Assembly (NCBI GenBank): GCA_963823665.1
Contig: CAWGMQ010000008.1
Coordinates: forward strand, 896,001 to 960,000
Direction of reading: 5' to 3'
Source of the DNA: an uncultured Planctomycetota bacterium
Lineage (GTDB): Bacteria; Planctomycetota; Planctomycetia; Isosphaerales; Isosphaeraceae
Length of the DNA: 64,000 nucleotides
In this document: positions 48,868 through 60,260 of the stretch, in pieces
How positions within the stretch are numbered: the first letter of the stretch is position 1
Layout of the letters: each line of letters starts with the position of its first letter
The notes under the pieces: model-generated
Seen by the model: the letters and a program-made list of their open reading frames with translations, nothing else
Databases searched by the model: none
Told to the model about the DNA's origin: nothing
Position numbers and translations under genes: made by a program

Positions 48868-50375
48868 TCAACGTTCCGTGGCCTTGCCGTCGTCGAGTTT
48901 CTGAATCTCATCCTGGAGCGATTTCATCAGCTCGTCGATTTTCTTCATTCGATCATTGCTCGAGCGGGGTGGGAATGGTGGCTTCGCCCGTGCGGAATCC
49001 GGCAGCGCAATGGTGATCCGCGTGTCGCCGGCAGCGTGCTCATCGTAAGCGTAAGGGCTTTTCAGTCGCCGGAGATTCCGGAGTAGGCTCGCAATTTCAT
49101 CATGGGCTTCTTTCGGGCACCTGATGACGATGCTGATGGTGAGGAAAAATGGAACCATGACATTCTGGCGGGTGGAAGTCGTGGCCCCGCGACGATTCGC
49201 CCTGGGTGGCAGCTCATTCCCACGGTCGTCTTGAACGACCCATGTTCCCGGCGCGACCGTCGTCTCGATCAGGTCAACCAGAGGCGTCAGATCATAAATG
49301 TGCTGTGCCCCAAGCGTGGAGCCCTCGCGCGCCGCTGGCTGATCTGCCGGCTTCGCCGTGACGATGTCACCGACGTAATATGTCTTCGGGAAGGCCCCAT
49401 TCGCATCCTTTCCGGGTAAAGCACCGATGCGGCGCGCGTCCGGGCCGAGCGGCCTTGGGTCATAGAACCCATCTTCTTCCAGTATCACCGGCTTCGGTGT
49501 CTGGCCGAACAGGTTCGCGCGCTCGAGCATCGCATACGATAGTGCCCCGACAGTCAGACAGCCGGCCAGGGCGACAAACTTCTTGATTTTTGACACGTTT
49601 AGAATTCCTCCGAGAATGGTAGCGAGTGACGTGATCTGTCCAGTTCTACTGTATCGAACTGCTTCAAACATCGCGTGCAGGATGGATGTGAGCAGGGAAT
49701 CCGGTAGTCGAGAACCGGCCGCGGCGCTGCCGCTTGACTCCAGAAGTCCGGCCAGCGCCGCTGCCGACAGCGTGATCCCGCGACGCGTGATGCGCCGATG
49801 CAGGAGATTTCGACCTCGCGCCAATCTGCTGCGCACCGTTCCAACCGGACAGTCGAGCTGGCGAGCGGCCAGATCATGCGTCAGCCCTTCGAGGTAACAG
49901 AGCACCAGCGGCGCACGCAGCCGTTCGGGAAGCCGGCTGAGCTCGGCGTGGATGACACGCGGAATCTCCGAAGAGCCCTCGGTGGGCGAGTAGCTGGCTT
50001 CGGGTAGCTCGCGTGTTTGGCATTCGCGAGCGCACTGCGCTCGCCGATTCGCGCGGCGCGGGCGGCCACGCGACCGGCAACCGTGTAGAGCCACGGCCCG
50101 AGTGACCCTTCGACGCGAATGAATCTCGCCTTGCGAACGAGCACCAGAAACACCGCCTGCACCGCGTCCTCGACATCATGCGGATCAAACAGCATCTGCC
50201 GGCACACGTTCCGCACCATCGCCCCGTGGCGATAGAGAATCGCTTCAAACGCCGTCTCGTCGCGATCTTCAATGAACCGCTCGAGCACCAGCCGGTCCGA
50301 CATCCCCGCGAGTGTTCCATCGCGGAACACCCGGGCGACCTGGCTCGCGGCGGTAGCGGTCAATCCATTTCCCAT
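48868..50375 (-). CDS. ECF sigma factor with TM and C-terminal secretin-N-domain-like extension (copy 3); frameshift near 50055
   Basis: SDRLVLERF..RDETAFEAILYRHG, then after the shift LPERLRAPLVLCYLEGLTHD.AA...GTVRSRLARGR; C-terminal KTYYVGD...LVDLIETTVAPGTW. Confidence 0.85.
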
Positions 50376-50397
50376 CAGCGCGGATCCTTCCTTGCGT

Positions 50398-52482
50398 TCA
50401 CCGGATGTTCCTGTCGAACGATTCAAGGGCCGCTGGCACCCGGGTCTTGACCTTGACACCCGCCATATCCTCGGTCCCATCGGGCAGATCGTCGTGCGAG
50501 ACGATGGCCTTACACGTCGCCAGTCTCGGCGCTTCGCCTGTGGCCTTGACGCGAAAGCCAAAGACCATGACCGTGCCCGGCTCCATCTTGGCGATCTGAG
50601 AAAACTTGAGCATGCGCTTGCTCTGGTCGGTCAAAACGTTGACGTCGTTCTGCATGGCCGCAGCCGAAACCACTTCGAGGTTGGGGGAAAGATTGGCCGT
50701 AAGTTGCAGGTTCGTCGCTGGCTTGTTTCCGTAATTCGCGAGACGGATCTCGAACATCGTTGTATCCGAGACCCCGATAACACGTTTTGATTCGCTTACG
50801 AGAATGTCGATGTCAGGTTTGCTCGCGACGTTGGTGCCTTCCGCCTCGCGATCGCCGCGCGGGCCCTGGAGTCGCCTCAAGCAACGAAGGAAGTCTGCGA
50901 CATCATCGTGGACGTCTTCGGAGCTTTTGATGATCAGGCTCAGCGAAAGATGGAAGGGAACCATGATGTTGCGCTGTTCTTCGGGGATGGCCGCACGGGT
51001 AGACTTCTTGCTGGGGACGACATGCCCGTATCCATCTTGAACCTGCCACGTCCCGCGCGCGACTGAAAATTCGATCAGCTCCATCAGCGGCATCATATCG
51101 ATTTTCGATTGCACACCCTCTGCAGGTGTCGTGCCGGTCTGCTTTTGAGTGGACGGCTTTATCAGCAGGTCACCCACGTAATAGGTCCTGGGATAACGCA
51201 CTTTCGCGCCCATCGCCCCCGCCTCCGGGCCCGTGATCAAGACCACTTCGTCTTCCAGCTTGTAGGTCAGACCGAGCGGGTTGAGCAAGAGCTTGAGCGC
51301 GGTCCTGAGCGTGACCTGTTTGAGCCTCAAGGTTACGGGCGACGACGAGGTCAATCCCGCTTCACTCAGCGCCTTGGGGTCGAGAACGATATTCAGACCC
51401 GTGGTGGCCTGGAGGAAACCGATCGCATCGGCTAGCGGTTGCTGGTCAATGTTGAACGAGAACCTTGTCATCGAGTTTCGACTCGATCGCCTGCAGGCGT
51501 GGGTCTTCCTTGGGCTCGGGCTTGGTGTTCGTCTCGGGCCGTCTGCGAGTGAAGTCCAGCGAACCGGATCCGGCGGCGACCTGGCTCTCTTGCGATTCCT
51601 GCACCGGCGTGTGCCCGACAGTCGTCCGCCCGACAACAGCAGTCGCAATGCCCCCCACGGAAATCACGGCCGCCAGAATCGCAATCTTCTTGAAGTGTGA
51701 CACGCCCAAGGCTCCTTCCAGAATCGTCGCAAGCGACGTGAATAATCCGATTCCCGTGTGCAAAACAGTTTTGAGCGCCGCGCCCGTGATGGACTCGACC
51801 ATCGCCACCGGCAAGCGAGAAGAAATGGCGGCCTTGGCGTTTGATTCCAGCAGCGCTCCAAGCCCCGCCGCCGACAGCGTGATCCCGCGACGCGTGATGC
51901 GCTGATGCAAAAGGCTTCGCGCCTGCGCCAGCCGGCTCCGCACGGTTCCGACCGGGCAATCAAGCTGACGAGCGGCCAGGTCGTGCGTCAGCCCTTCGAG
52001 GTAGCACAACACCAGGGGCGCCCGTAGCCGCTCCGGAAGCCGGCCCAGCTCGTCGTGAATGACGCACGGAATCTCGCAAGCATCCTCCATCGGCGAGTAG
52101 CACGCTTCCGGTATCTCGCGTGCTTGACATTCGCGCGCCCACCGCGTTCGCCGGTTCGCCCGGCGCGGGCAGCCACCCGCCCGGCAACCGCATACAGCCA
52201 CGGCCCGAGCGACCCGTCGATACGAATGAACCTCGCCTTGCGAACCAGGACCAGAAACACCGCCTGAACGGCGTCGTCGACGTCGTGCGGATCAAACAGC
52301 ATCTGCTTGCACACGTTCCGCACCATTGCCCCATGTCGATAGAGGATCGCTTCGAACGCCGTCTCGTCGCGATGCGCGATAAACCGCTCGAGCACCTGCC
52401 GGTCCGACATCCCCGCCAGGGTCCCATCGCGGAACACCCGTGCGACCTGCATCGCGGAGCGTGCGGGCAATCCATTTACCAT
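50398..52482 (-). CDS. ECF sigma factor with TM, STN/secretin-N-like domains and DUF11-like Ig domain (copy 2); frameshifts near 52160 and 51460
   Basis: ORFs 51988-52482, 51446-52201 and 50398-51648 join. PLADAIGFLQ..TGLNIVLDPKAL.EAG...LRTALKLLL.PLGLTY; RTYYVGDL; FEIRLANYG. Confidence 0.85.
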
Positions 52483-52513
52483 TTGCCAGTCCCTGCTGCG
52501 CCACGCAGCGAAT

Positions 52514-54013
52514 TCACTCGCCGATCCTCGCCTCGATTTGATTCACATCGAGCCAGGGAGGACCCACGTGCAGTCGCTTCACCAGGCTCTCCGTGTCTCG
52601 TACGACAAGCTTCTTGGCGGGAATCAGGGGGTTCACCGTCCTGAGGGCCGTGGACAATCCCTTTCGCCACGGGAACGCCGCCACCAAGTGCTCGAGACAC
52701 TTGGGCTGAATCCTCTTCACCTCGCGCCACAGTTTCTCCTGATCCGCAGGACTCTTCTCATCGCCGACCAGCACTGCCGCCTCATCAAACGTCCGAATCT
52801 TCTCCGGCGCAATCCCCGCGGGTGGCACGCCGCGCACGCGATCTGCGGGCAAGTCACCCTTTCGCAGGATATAAGCGGGCAAGCCGTATTCGTCGCGCAG
52901 CTCCTTGGCCAGAGCAATCGCCATCCGCTTCGCATCGGGTCCGCGAAAGACCCTGGCCAGCACCATGAACGGCCCGGCATCCTTGGTCAGGAGATACGGC
53001 TCGATCGGTTCTGCAGGCAAGTCAATCGGCCCTGCCTTCTCGTTCCTCGTTGGCAACTGCTTCTTTCCGTCGTTCTGCTGGATCACACCGCGATCCTCAT
53101 CCCGCCTGGCATTCACCGGCGCGTTCCGTTCCGGCGTCTGCCCAACGACCGCCGTCCTGTGCACCACGGCCAGCCCGATCACCGCCGCCGGAATCACCGT
53201 CGCCAGAACTGCGATCTTCCTGATCTGCGACACGCTCAAGACTCCTTCAAAAGTCGTCGCGAACGACGAGGGTAGTCCCAATCCGTTCCGTCGAACTACC
53301 TCAAGCGCCGCGCGGTTGATGGATCCAGCGACGGCCGCCGGCAATCGCGCAGCACTCGCTGCCCTTGCGCTTGATTCCAGCATCCCGCCCAGCACCGCGG
53401 CCGACAGCGTCACACCTCGCCGCGCCAGCCGCCAATGCAGCAGATTCCGCGCTCGCGCCATCCGGCTGCGCAGCGTGCCAACCGGGCATTCAAGCTGACG
53501 AGCGGCCAGGTCGTGCGTCAATCCGCGCAGGTAGCAGAGAACCAGCGGCGCCCGCAGTCGCTCGGGCAGTCGTCCAAGCTCGTCGTGGAGCGCGGCGGAT
53601 CGCTCGAACGCATCCTCCGTCGAAGAGCAACCCGTCTCCGGCATCTCGCCACGACAAGATTCGCGAGCGCACCGCTTCTTTCGATTCGCCCGCGCTCGCG
53701 CCGCCACGCGCCCCGCAACCGCATAGAGCCACGGCCCGAGCGACCCGTCGACGCGAATGAACTTCGCCTTGCGAACCAGCACCAGAAACACCGACTGAAC
53801 AGCGTCGTCGACGTCGTGCGGGTCAAACAGCATCTGCCGGCACACGTTCCGCACCATCGCTCCATGACGCAACAGCAGCGCCTCGAACGCCAGGGTGTCC
53901 TGGCGTTCGATGAAGCGCTCCAGAACCTGCCGGTCCGACATTCCCGCGAGCGTTCCATCGCGGAACACCCGGGCAACCTGGATCGCAGCACTTGCAGTCA
54001 ATCCATTTCCCAT
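52514..54013 (-). CDS. ECF sigma factor with TM and C-terminal extracytoplasmic extension (copy 1, intact)
   Basis: Intact sigma2/sigma4 motifs; TM IAVLATVIPAAVIGLAVV; C-terminal YLLTKDAGPFMVLARVFRGPDA...LAKELR; AAGGAGG RBS. Confidence 0.92.
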   Translation of the reverse strand: MGNGLTASAAIQVARVFRDGTLAGMSDRQVLERFIERQDTLAFEALLLRHGAMVRNVCRQMLFDPHDVDDAVQSVFLVLVRKAKFIRVDGSLGPWLYAVAGRVAARARANRKKRCARESCRGEMPETGCSSTEDAFERSAALHDELGRLPERLRAPLVLCYLRGLTHDLAARQLECPVGTLRSRMARARNLLHWRLARRGVTLSAAVLGGMLESSARAASAARLPAAVAGSINRAALEVVRRNGLGLPSSFATTFEGVLSVSQIRKIAVLATVIPAAVIGLAVVHRTAVVGQTPERNAPVNARRDEDRGVIQQNDGKKQLPTRNEKAGPIDLPAEPIEPYLLTKDAGPFMVLARVFRGPDAKRMAIALAKELRDEYGLPAYILRKGDLPADRVRGVPPAGIAPEKIRTFDEAAVLVGDEKSPADQEKLWREVKRIQPKCLEHLVAAFPWRKGLSTALRTVNPLIPAKKLVVRDTESLVKRLHVGPPWLDVNQIEARIGE

Positions 54014-54197
54014 CGGCACGGGTCCCTCCTTGGGTCACCGTATGTTATCTATGCGCGCATGGGCCGCTTCAATCCCGGTTTTTTGTTTTTCGCGATATCA
54101 TGAGCGCTGGACTGGTATTGCCACAAATCGAGAACCTGGTTACCACAGTAGTGTCAGCCGGTTCGTCGGCGACCACACACGCCAGTCGTGAGCGATT

Positions 54198-57100
54198 TCA
54201 GCGAGAGGGATTCGCGATCACCCGGTAAGGCTCGCTCCCTTCCGTCACCTCGATCAACCGCCCCGCCTCGATGTCCCGGAATTCCTGCCTCAACTGACCG
54301 ACGGGCCAGGTCACAACCAGACGGTCGACTCGCCCGGCATCACCCAGTCCGATCATCTCGACGAGCGAGTTACCACCGGACGAGCTCCCCGACCCGATTG
54401 TCCGCTCGATCGATCGATGCGTCCCTTCCGCATCGGTCAGCTCGACATGGATCTTCGCCCCCAGTGCCCCTCGGTTGCTCTTCGTGCCCACCAACTTGAT
54501 CGCCAGCCAGCGGCGCACGAGTCCGCGATTTTGAAACAGGAGATGATCTTCCCGGCTGCCCGGCGAGGCGCCGCCCGAGGTCACCACGAGGTCAAGCGAT
54601 CCGTCGCCGTTCCAGTCAGCGAACGAGACGCTGTGTCCCGTCCGCAGCCGCCCTGTGCCCGACGTTTCGGTAACATCTTCGAAGCGCTTCCCTTCCCTGT
54701 TCCAGAGCAAGACGTTCGGTGCCGGTGCCATCTCGCTCGTGAGCCCGCCTCCGAAATAAACGTCAAGGAACCCGTCGTTGTCGACGTCGCCGAAGTTGGC
54801 GCTGAGCGAGGGAATCGGCCAGTCCAGGCCGACTTCCCGGCTCACGTCTTTGAATCCAGCCGCGCCCACGTTTCGATACAATCGCGGGTGGCAGTCACGC
54901 CGCGGTGTGCGCCCCATCTGGTGGTCCACCAGGTCCGCGATGGTCGCATCTCCGTCGCCGACCATGAGATCAAGCCGCGCGTCGTTGTCGAAATCCCAGA
55001 AGAAGCACGCTGACGCATGATGCCCGGCCGGGCCGGCAACGCCTTTCTCCGCGGCGACTTCGTCAAATCGCCCGTCGCCTCGATTGTGGTAAAGCTGGCA
55101 AGGCCCGTCCCAGCTCGAAACGAACAGATCGACCAGGCCGTCGCCATCGTAATCACCCCACGTCGAATCAGCCGCGCGATGCTCGCCGGCGACACCGGCC
55201 GCCACCGCGACGTTTTGAAAGGTTCCGTCATGCTGATTGCGAAAGAGCCGGCTGCGGTTCCGAGGGTCAAGCAAGACGATGCCGGGATCGGATGAGTCGG
55301 TCAGGTATTCGCCGCAGACATACAGATCGACGAATCCATCGCGATCAAAATCGCCCCACGAGGCGGATGCCGCTGCGATCGGCTCACCCATCCCGGATCG
55401 GGAGGTCACATCCTCGAATACGCCCTTGCCGTCGTTGCGCAGCAGCGACAGCCGCATCGGCATTTCGCCCGCGCCGCGTACCAGCACAACATCGAGGTCC
55501 CCGTCGTTATCAAAGTCGGCCGCGCAGGCCCGTATCGCCGCGACCTGGTCGCCCAGTCGAGCCCGTTCCGACGCATCAGTAAACTTGCCATCTCCGCCGT
55601 TGACGTACAGACTCGCTCCTCGATCGGTGTCAAGCGAAGTGATGAGTAGGTCGGGCAGTCCGTCGGAGTTGAAATCGACAAAAACGCTGGCGCCCGCCAT
55701 TCTCGGGCCGCCTGCGAGCAGGCCAGCCGTTAATGCGACATCTTCAAATCTGATGGCTTGCTCGTAGGGTGGAGGCCCGGATTGAACCCCACCTGGATTC
55801 GCTGACTGCCCGCGAACGGCGTCCTTGCCGAGCTTCATTTGAGCCACATCGCGCAGCCAGCGAGCTCGAAGGTCGTCCGGCCGCTTCTCGAGCACTGCAC
55901 TCAACTGACCAGCAGCCGCTTGCAGCAAAGCCTCCGCGGCGCCTGGCCCCTCCGCTTGCCGGATCGCCGCAATTCCAAGGAGGGCCACCAGGTCATCGCG
56001 GTCGCTCGCGCGAATGCCGCGCGCGTTCTCCATCTCGATCGCGCCGCGAAGCGAATCGGCTGCCTCCGAGAAACGGCCCTCGTGAATCTCGAGCAAGCCG
56101 ATCTGGTGCACCAGCTCGCCGGCGCGCTCGACCCTCGGGGCGCAAGCTGTCCACCTCGGCCTGCAAGACCGCCAGCCCGACGCGCCCGCGCAGCCCAACC
56201 CGCGCGCAAGCCGCGCAACGGTGCGGCCTCGACCGAGCTGCCAGTGAACTCCTTCGCCAGAAGCACGCTATCGTCATCCAGCGGGCCTCGCGCGGCGCTC
56301 GAAGGCGTGCCTCGGGGCGCAAGCAGCCCCAAACCGCGCGCGGCGTAGAATCCGATCCGATAATTGAAATCAATGAGATTCTTCCAGTCTGCGTCGTACA
56401 GGTTGGCATTCTGACCGTCGGCGCTGGAGGCCGGCAGCCATAGGTCCGGTACCAGCGCGCCCAGTTGATTCACGGCGATCAAATAGTCGATCGCCACCGC
56501 GCGCGAGCTGGAAATCTCACGGATGAGCACTTGTTCGCGGTCGATCTTCGACTGGATCGGAATCCGCCCGGAAAACAGGGCCGTCTTGCCGTGCAAACTC
56601 ACGGCATACGCAACCGGCGCGACCCCCCGACCACGCAGGGGCATAACCCGCACCGGAAACCAGCCTTTCTCGGGCAAATCCTCAGCCGCGATGATGACCG
56701 TTCCCGGACCGCACTCCCTGCGAATCACCTCCAGTCCTGCGTCAGAAGCCACCACGCTCGCGCCTGATTGCAGAATGACGTCCTTGAGGCCTGCAATCGC
56801 TTGGCCGCCGCACGATGTCAGTAAGACGGCGACCGGATCGGCAACCGGTGCACCAAGCTGCGCGAGCCGCGCGCGCACCCAGGCCAGAAGCCCGGGCCCG
56901 CCGGGAGCGTCGATGAGAAAGAACTTTGAGCCCGCCGAAAACCCATAAACCGCAGCGCCCTGAAATTCACCAAGGTAATAGAGCTCGTGCAGAAGCTCCT
57001 TGGGCTCGCCGTCGAGGAAGTCGCGCCCATCCGCTTTGAACCGATCGATCAGGATCCGCATGTCGTTGATTCCGCCATCCAGCAGCGATTCCCAGCGCTC

Positions 57101-57961
57101 TTTCGAGAGCTGCGGGCTCTCCGGCGTCGCCGCGGCACACGGATGGCCGGGAAGAAGAAGGTCCGGTACCGCCAGACGCTTGAGCGCCACGAGCGTGCTC
57201 AGGTAGGCGTCCGCGTCGCCGCGGTAACCTGGTGCGAGATACGCCGAATACGTTCCCAGCGCCTTCCTCACCTGCGACGCGGGCTTTTCGTCACCACGCA
57301 GCATGATGATCACGTCACCGCTGAAAAGCACGCGCAGGCCGTTTCGCTCCATGAGATAGCAAATGCTTCCAGGCGTGTGGCCGGGCGTGCCCAGCGCTCG
57401 GAACTGAACGTCGCCGAACTCGATGGCCTCGTCGCCCTCCAGTCGAACGTCAACCGTCGTCGGATGCGGTTCGTAGCTCGGCCTGTAGAAAATGCTCAAC
57501 ATCGCCTCGCGGGGCCCACCCGCCTTGAGCACATCCGAATCACGCGCCCCGGCAAAGACCTTCGCGCCTGTTTCCGCCCTGATGCGCTCGGCTCCGCCGC
57601 TGTGATCGCCGTGGACATGCGTGATCAAGACCGCGTGGATCCGTCTCCAATCGAGCCCTAATTCGCTCATCTGCGACTTCAAACTGCTGGCATCGCCCTC
57701 CACGCCCGAGTCGATCAGAATCAAGCCATCAGAGCTCTCGACGACATACGCCACCGAGGGCTCTAGCCCCCCGAGCATATGAATCCCCGGCGCGATGGTC
57801 ATCGCCCGCGGAACCAGCAGCGGCGCCCCAGTCCCAGCGGCGCCCGAACCACGTGGTCCAATTCCTCGGAAGAGCCCCCAGGACGCCGCGAGCACCACCA
57901 GCGCAAAGACTGCGCCCAGGGCAAGCCACCGCCTGCGCCTCGTTGTCCGGTCGCTCATCAT
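54198..57961 (-). CDS. Probable single fusion protein: membrane anchor - tandem metallo-beta-lactamase folds - FG-GAP/CRTAC1 - ASPIC/UnbV; two frameshifts near 56130-56190
   Basis: THVHGDHSGG, TPGHTPGS, LFSGD, LPGH; a second, degenerate MBL fold; DFNSDGLPDL/DFDNDGDLD repeats; LVGTKSNRGALGAKI...GLG...VTWP. A bridging peptide lies in the third frame (RGRVGLAVLQAEVDSLRP). Confidence 0.75.
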
Positions 57962-58007
57962 GCTCTCGATGCCACGAGACTCTCGACACCCGCACGCTCA
58001 CACGCGC

Positions 58008-59234
58008 TCAGCGTTTCTTGGGACGATACCAAACCACGTTGTGCGTGCTGCCGCCGACCGCAACGACATCGGGCACGCCATCCCCGTCCAGATCACCGCC
58101 ACGCAGATCCTGCGCGGCGATCTCGCGATCGAGCACCGTCTTGCTCCACGCGTTCTTTGTGCGATCAAAATCGTACATGGACACACAATGGTCCTTGCCG
58201 CGGTGGCCGGCGAAGACCTCGTCGTCGCCGTCGCGGTCGATATCGGCAAGCCAGAGCGCATGCCCGTCCGCCAGCGTTTCGTCAAGCACGGTGCGGCCGC
58301 TGAACGGACCAAGAGTTGGCTTCCCATCGTCTCCCCGCAAGATCGCCGCGAGGTAAACGGCGACTCGATTGCCATGCCAGGGCTCAACTGTCGCCAGGAG
58401 GCATTGTCCGTCGGCAAGCCGCCCCGCATGCACTTCACTGGCGCCACGCTTGGCGGGAGCGGCGTCTCGATCGGCCGGAGTGAGAGTCCGCGGTTCAAGC
58501 CAGATTTCTTCGCCTCGCGAGCCCGCAGGCCGGCCCCAGCCAACGAGCGATGTGCCCAGGTCATCCGCAGTCAGAATCCACGATTTTCCATTCTTGAACA
58601 GATCGACCACGTCGATCGCGTGCATGACGGGCCGCGTGGCAATCCGTTCCGCCGCCGGGGGCGTCGCCCCTCGCCAATCAAGCTTGCGAAAAACAGTCAC
58701 CGGCGCGCGGTCCGCATACTCGGGCGGCTTGGCTTCCGGGCCAAAAAGCGATGCCACGACAAGGTCCGGCCGCTTGTCGAGATCGACGTCGCCCCAGCGA
58801 AGCCGGTGAATGCTGCCGATTGCGGCAATCGGCACGGTTTTCCAAGGGTCATCGAGCGAAGCCCCTTGCACGGCCAGCAAGAGCTGCCCGGTCTTCGGCT
58901 GATTCATCGCGAACTCAAACGCAATCGCAATCTCGGCCTTACAATCGCCATCAAGGTCAGCCGTCGCGCTCGAAATAATCCCCGGCGTCTGTTTGCCGCC
59001 AGTCACGACGCGCTTCTTCCATGAAGGGTTTTCATACCACGCGCAAGTGCTCCCCCCCACGGCAATCACATCAAGCTTCCCGTCCCCGTTCACGTCGCTC
59101 ACTTCAACCTGATAAGCCCCCGGAAAGGCGGCGTCGATCACGACGCGATCGAACTCTTGGGCGCGTGCTGCCTGCATGCAGAAGCATGCCGTGATCAAGA
59201 CGACGAGAGCAGATTGCGAGGTCTTTCGTGGCAT
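58008..59234 (-). CDS. Exported FG-GAP/VCBS-repeat beta-propeller protein
   Basis: Signal peptide; DVNGDGKLD, DLDGDCKAE, DIDRDGDDE, DLDGDGVPD; ATVEPWHGN. Confidence 0.88.
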   Translation of the reverse strand: MPRKTSQSALVVLITACFCMQAARAQEFDRVVIDAAFPGAYQVEVSDVNGDGKLDVIAVGGSTCAWYENPSWKKRVVTGGKQTPGIISSATADLDGDCKAEIAIAFEFAMNQPKTGQLLLAVQGASLDDPWKTVPIAAIGSIHRLRWGDVDLDKRPDLVVASLFGPEAKPPEYADRAPVTVFRKLDWRGATPPAAERIATRPVMHAIDVVDLFKNGKSWILTADDLGTSLVGWGRPAGSRGEEIWLEPRTLTPADRDAAPAKRGASEVHAGRLADGQCLLATVEPWHGNRVAVYLAAILRGDDGKPTLGPFSGRTVLDETLADGHALWLADIDRDGDDEVFAGHRGKDHCVSMYDFDRTKNAWSKTVLDREIAAQDLRGGDLDGDGVPDVVAVGGSTHNVVWYRPKKR

Positions 59235-59261
59235 GTTCCCCTCGCGAATGCGAGTTGTTTC

Positions 59262-59609
59262 TTAGAGGTTCATCAATATCCGCAGGCGATCCGCGACAGC
59301 GGCCATCGTCGCCCTGGACACCGTTCCCCACCGGCTATGCAGTCGCTCGGTCGAAATCGAGCGGATCGCTTCGCATTTGATGAAGCTCTTGGATTTCAAG
59401 CCCCCTTCGCCGCGTTCAACCGGCACCTCCGAGCGAACTTTCTTATCCTTGGTGGAAACGGGCAAGACGATCACAAGCCCGCTTGGCCCTTGATTGAACG
59501 GATCGACGGAAACGATCAAGACCGGCCGCCTGCCACCCTGTTCGTGGCCTCGCGATGGGTTAAGATCACACCCCCAAATCTCACCGCGAGCTGGTTTTCG
59601 GACGGCCAT
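59262..59609 (-). CDS. mazF: PemK/MazF family toxin
   Basis: RGEIW..DLNPSRGHEQGGRRPVLIVS.D.FN...VIVLPVST...CEAIRSISTERL. Confidence 0.92.
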   Translation of the reverse strand: MAVRKPARGEIWGCDLNPSRGHEQGGRRPVLIVSVDPFNQGPSGLVIVLPVSTKDKKVRSEVPVERGEGGLKSKSFIKCEAIRSISTERLHSRWGTVSRATMAAVADRLRILMNL

Positions 59610-59615
59610 TCGTTG

Positions 59616-59861
59616 TCAATCCTCGAGACCGTCAGTCAGCGTGCCGTCCCATACCATTCGCTCGGCGAGTTCCTCTTGCCACGCGGCCTCGTTCTTTCGC
59701 AAAGCAGCGAAGTCGCTATTTAGTCCGGCCAAAAAACGCTGTCGCCTGTAAATCTCGATCGCCTTGTCCAGAATCTCGGTCATGGACTCATCGCTCTCCT
59801 CGGCAAGAGCACGGAGAGCTGCGTGGCTTGACCTTGAGATCCGAATCGTCAAACTTTCCAT
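59616..59861 (-). CDS. Cognate antitoxin (RHH-type)
   Basis: TIRISRSSHAALRALAEES..SMTEILDKAIE.YRRQRFL...WDGTLTDGL; directly upstream of the toxin. Confidence 0.85.
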   Translation of the reverse strand: MESLTIRISRSSHAALRALAEESDESMTEILDKAIEIYRRQRFLAGLNSDFAALRKNEAAWQEELAERMVWDGTLTDGLED

Positions 59862-60020
59862 TTCTTGTTTAACCCCGCGACACACCCTTCAATGCGAAGG
59901 AGTCGCGGCCCCCTTCATGACTCACTGCCCATCCGACGGATGCTCGTTCATTTCACGGATTCCCAAACCCAAAACCCTTGGAACAGCGTCATCACCGTTC
60001 CTGAGTTGAGCGCTACGCTA

Positions 60021-60042
60021 TTGTATAATTCACAGTATACAA
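60021..60042. promoter_or_regulatory. Perfect 7-8-7 inverted repeat in an AT-rich island upstream of the TA operon (putative operator/promoter)
   Basis: TTGTATA-attcacag-TATACAA. Confidence 0.55.
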
Positions 60043-60260
60043 AAAGCAATACAAAAATGTGCGCGCCCGGAGTTTCCGCTTCAGCCGGTTTCGGGGTTTG
60101 TGTAGCCGAAAACGTGCAACGCTTCCGGCGAGGACCACCGGATCCAGGAAGACAAGATTCACGCAGGACGCGGCGGCGATCTCCTCCGCGGCTTTGGAGA
60201 TTCACCTGGCCGGCGCGAAGCTCAGGTCGAGCCCCTGCATCGTGTCGAAGTCGATATCGC

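Noticed and set aside
50040..52170. Frameshift at the same codon (AARA|RANR) in two ECF paralogs, suggesting programmed frameshifting or phase variation
   Set aside because: Both are a missing C in GCCCG. The same kind of C/G-run loss explains the shifts at ~5690, ~16610 and ~43270 in unrelated genes, and there is no slippery heptamer. Systematic long-read error is more likely; short-read polishing would settle it.
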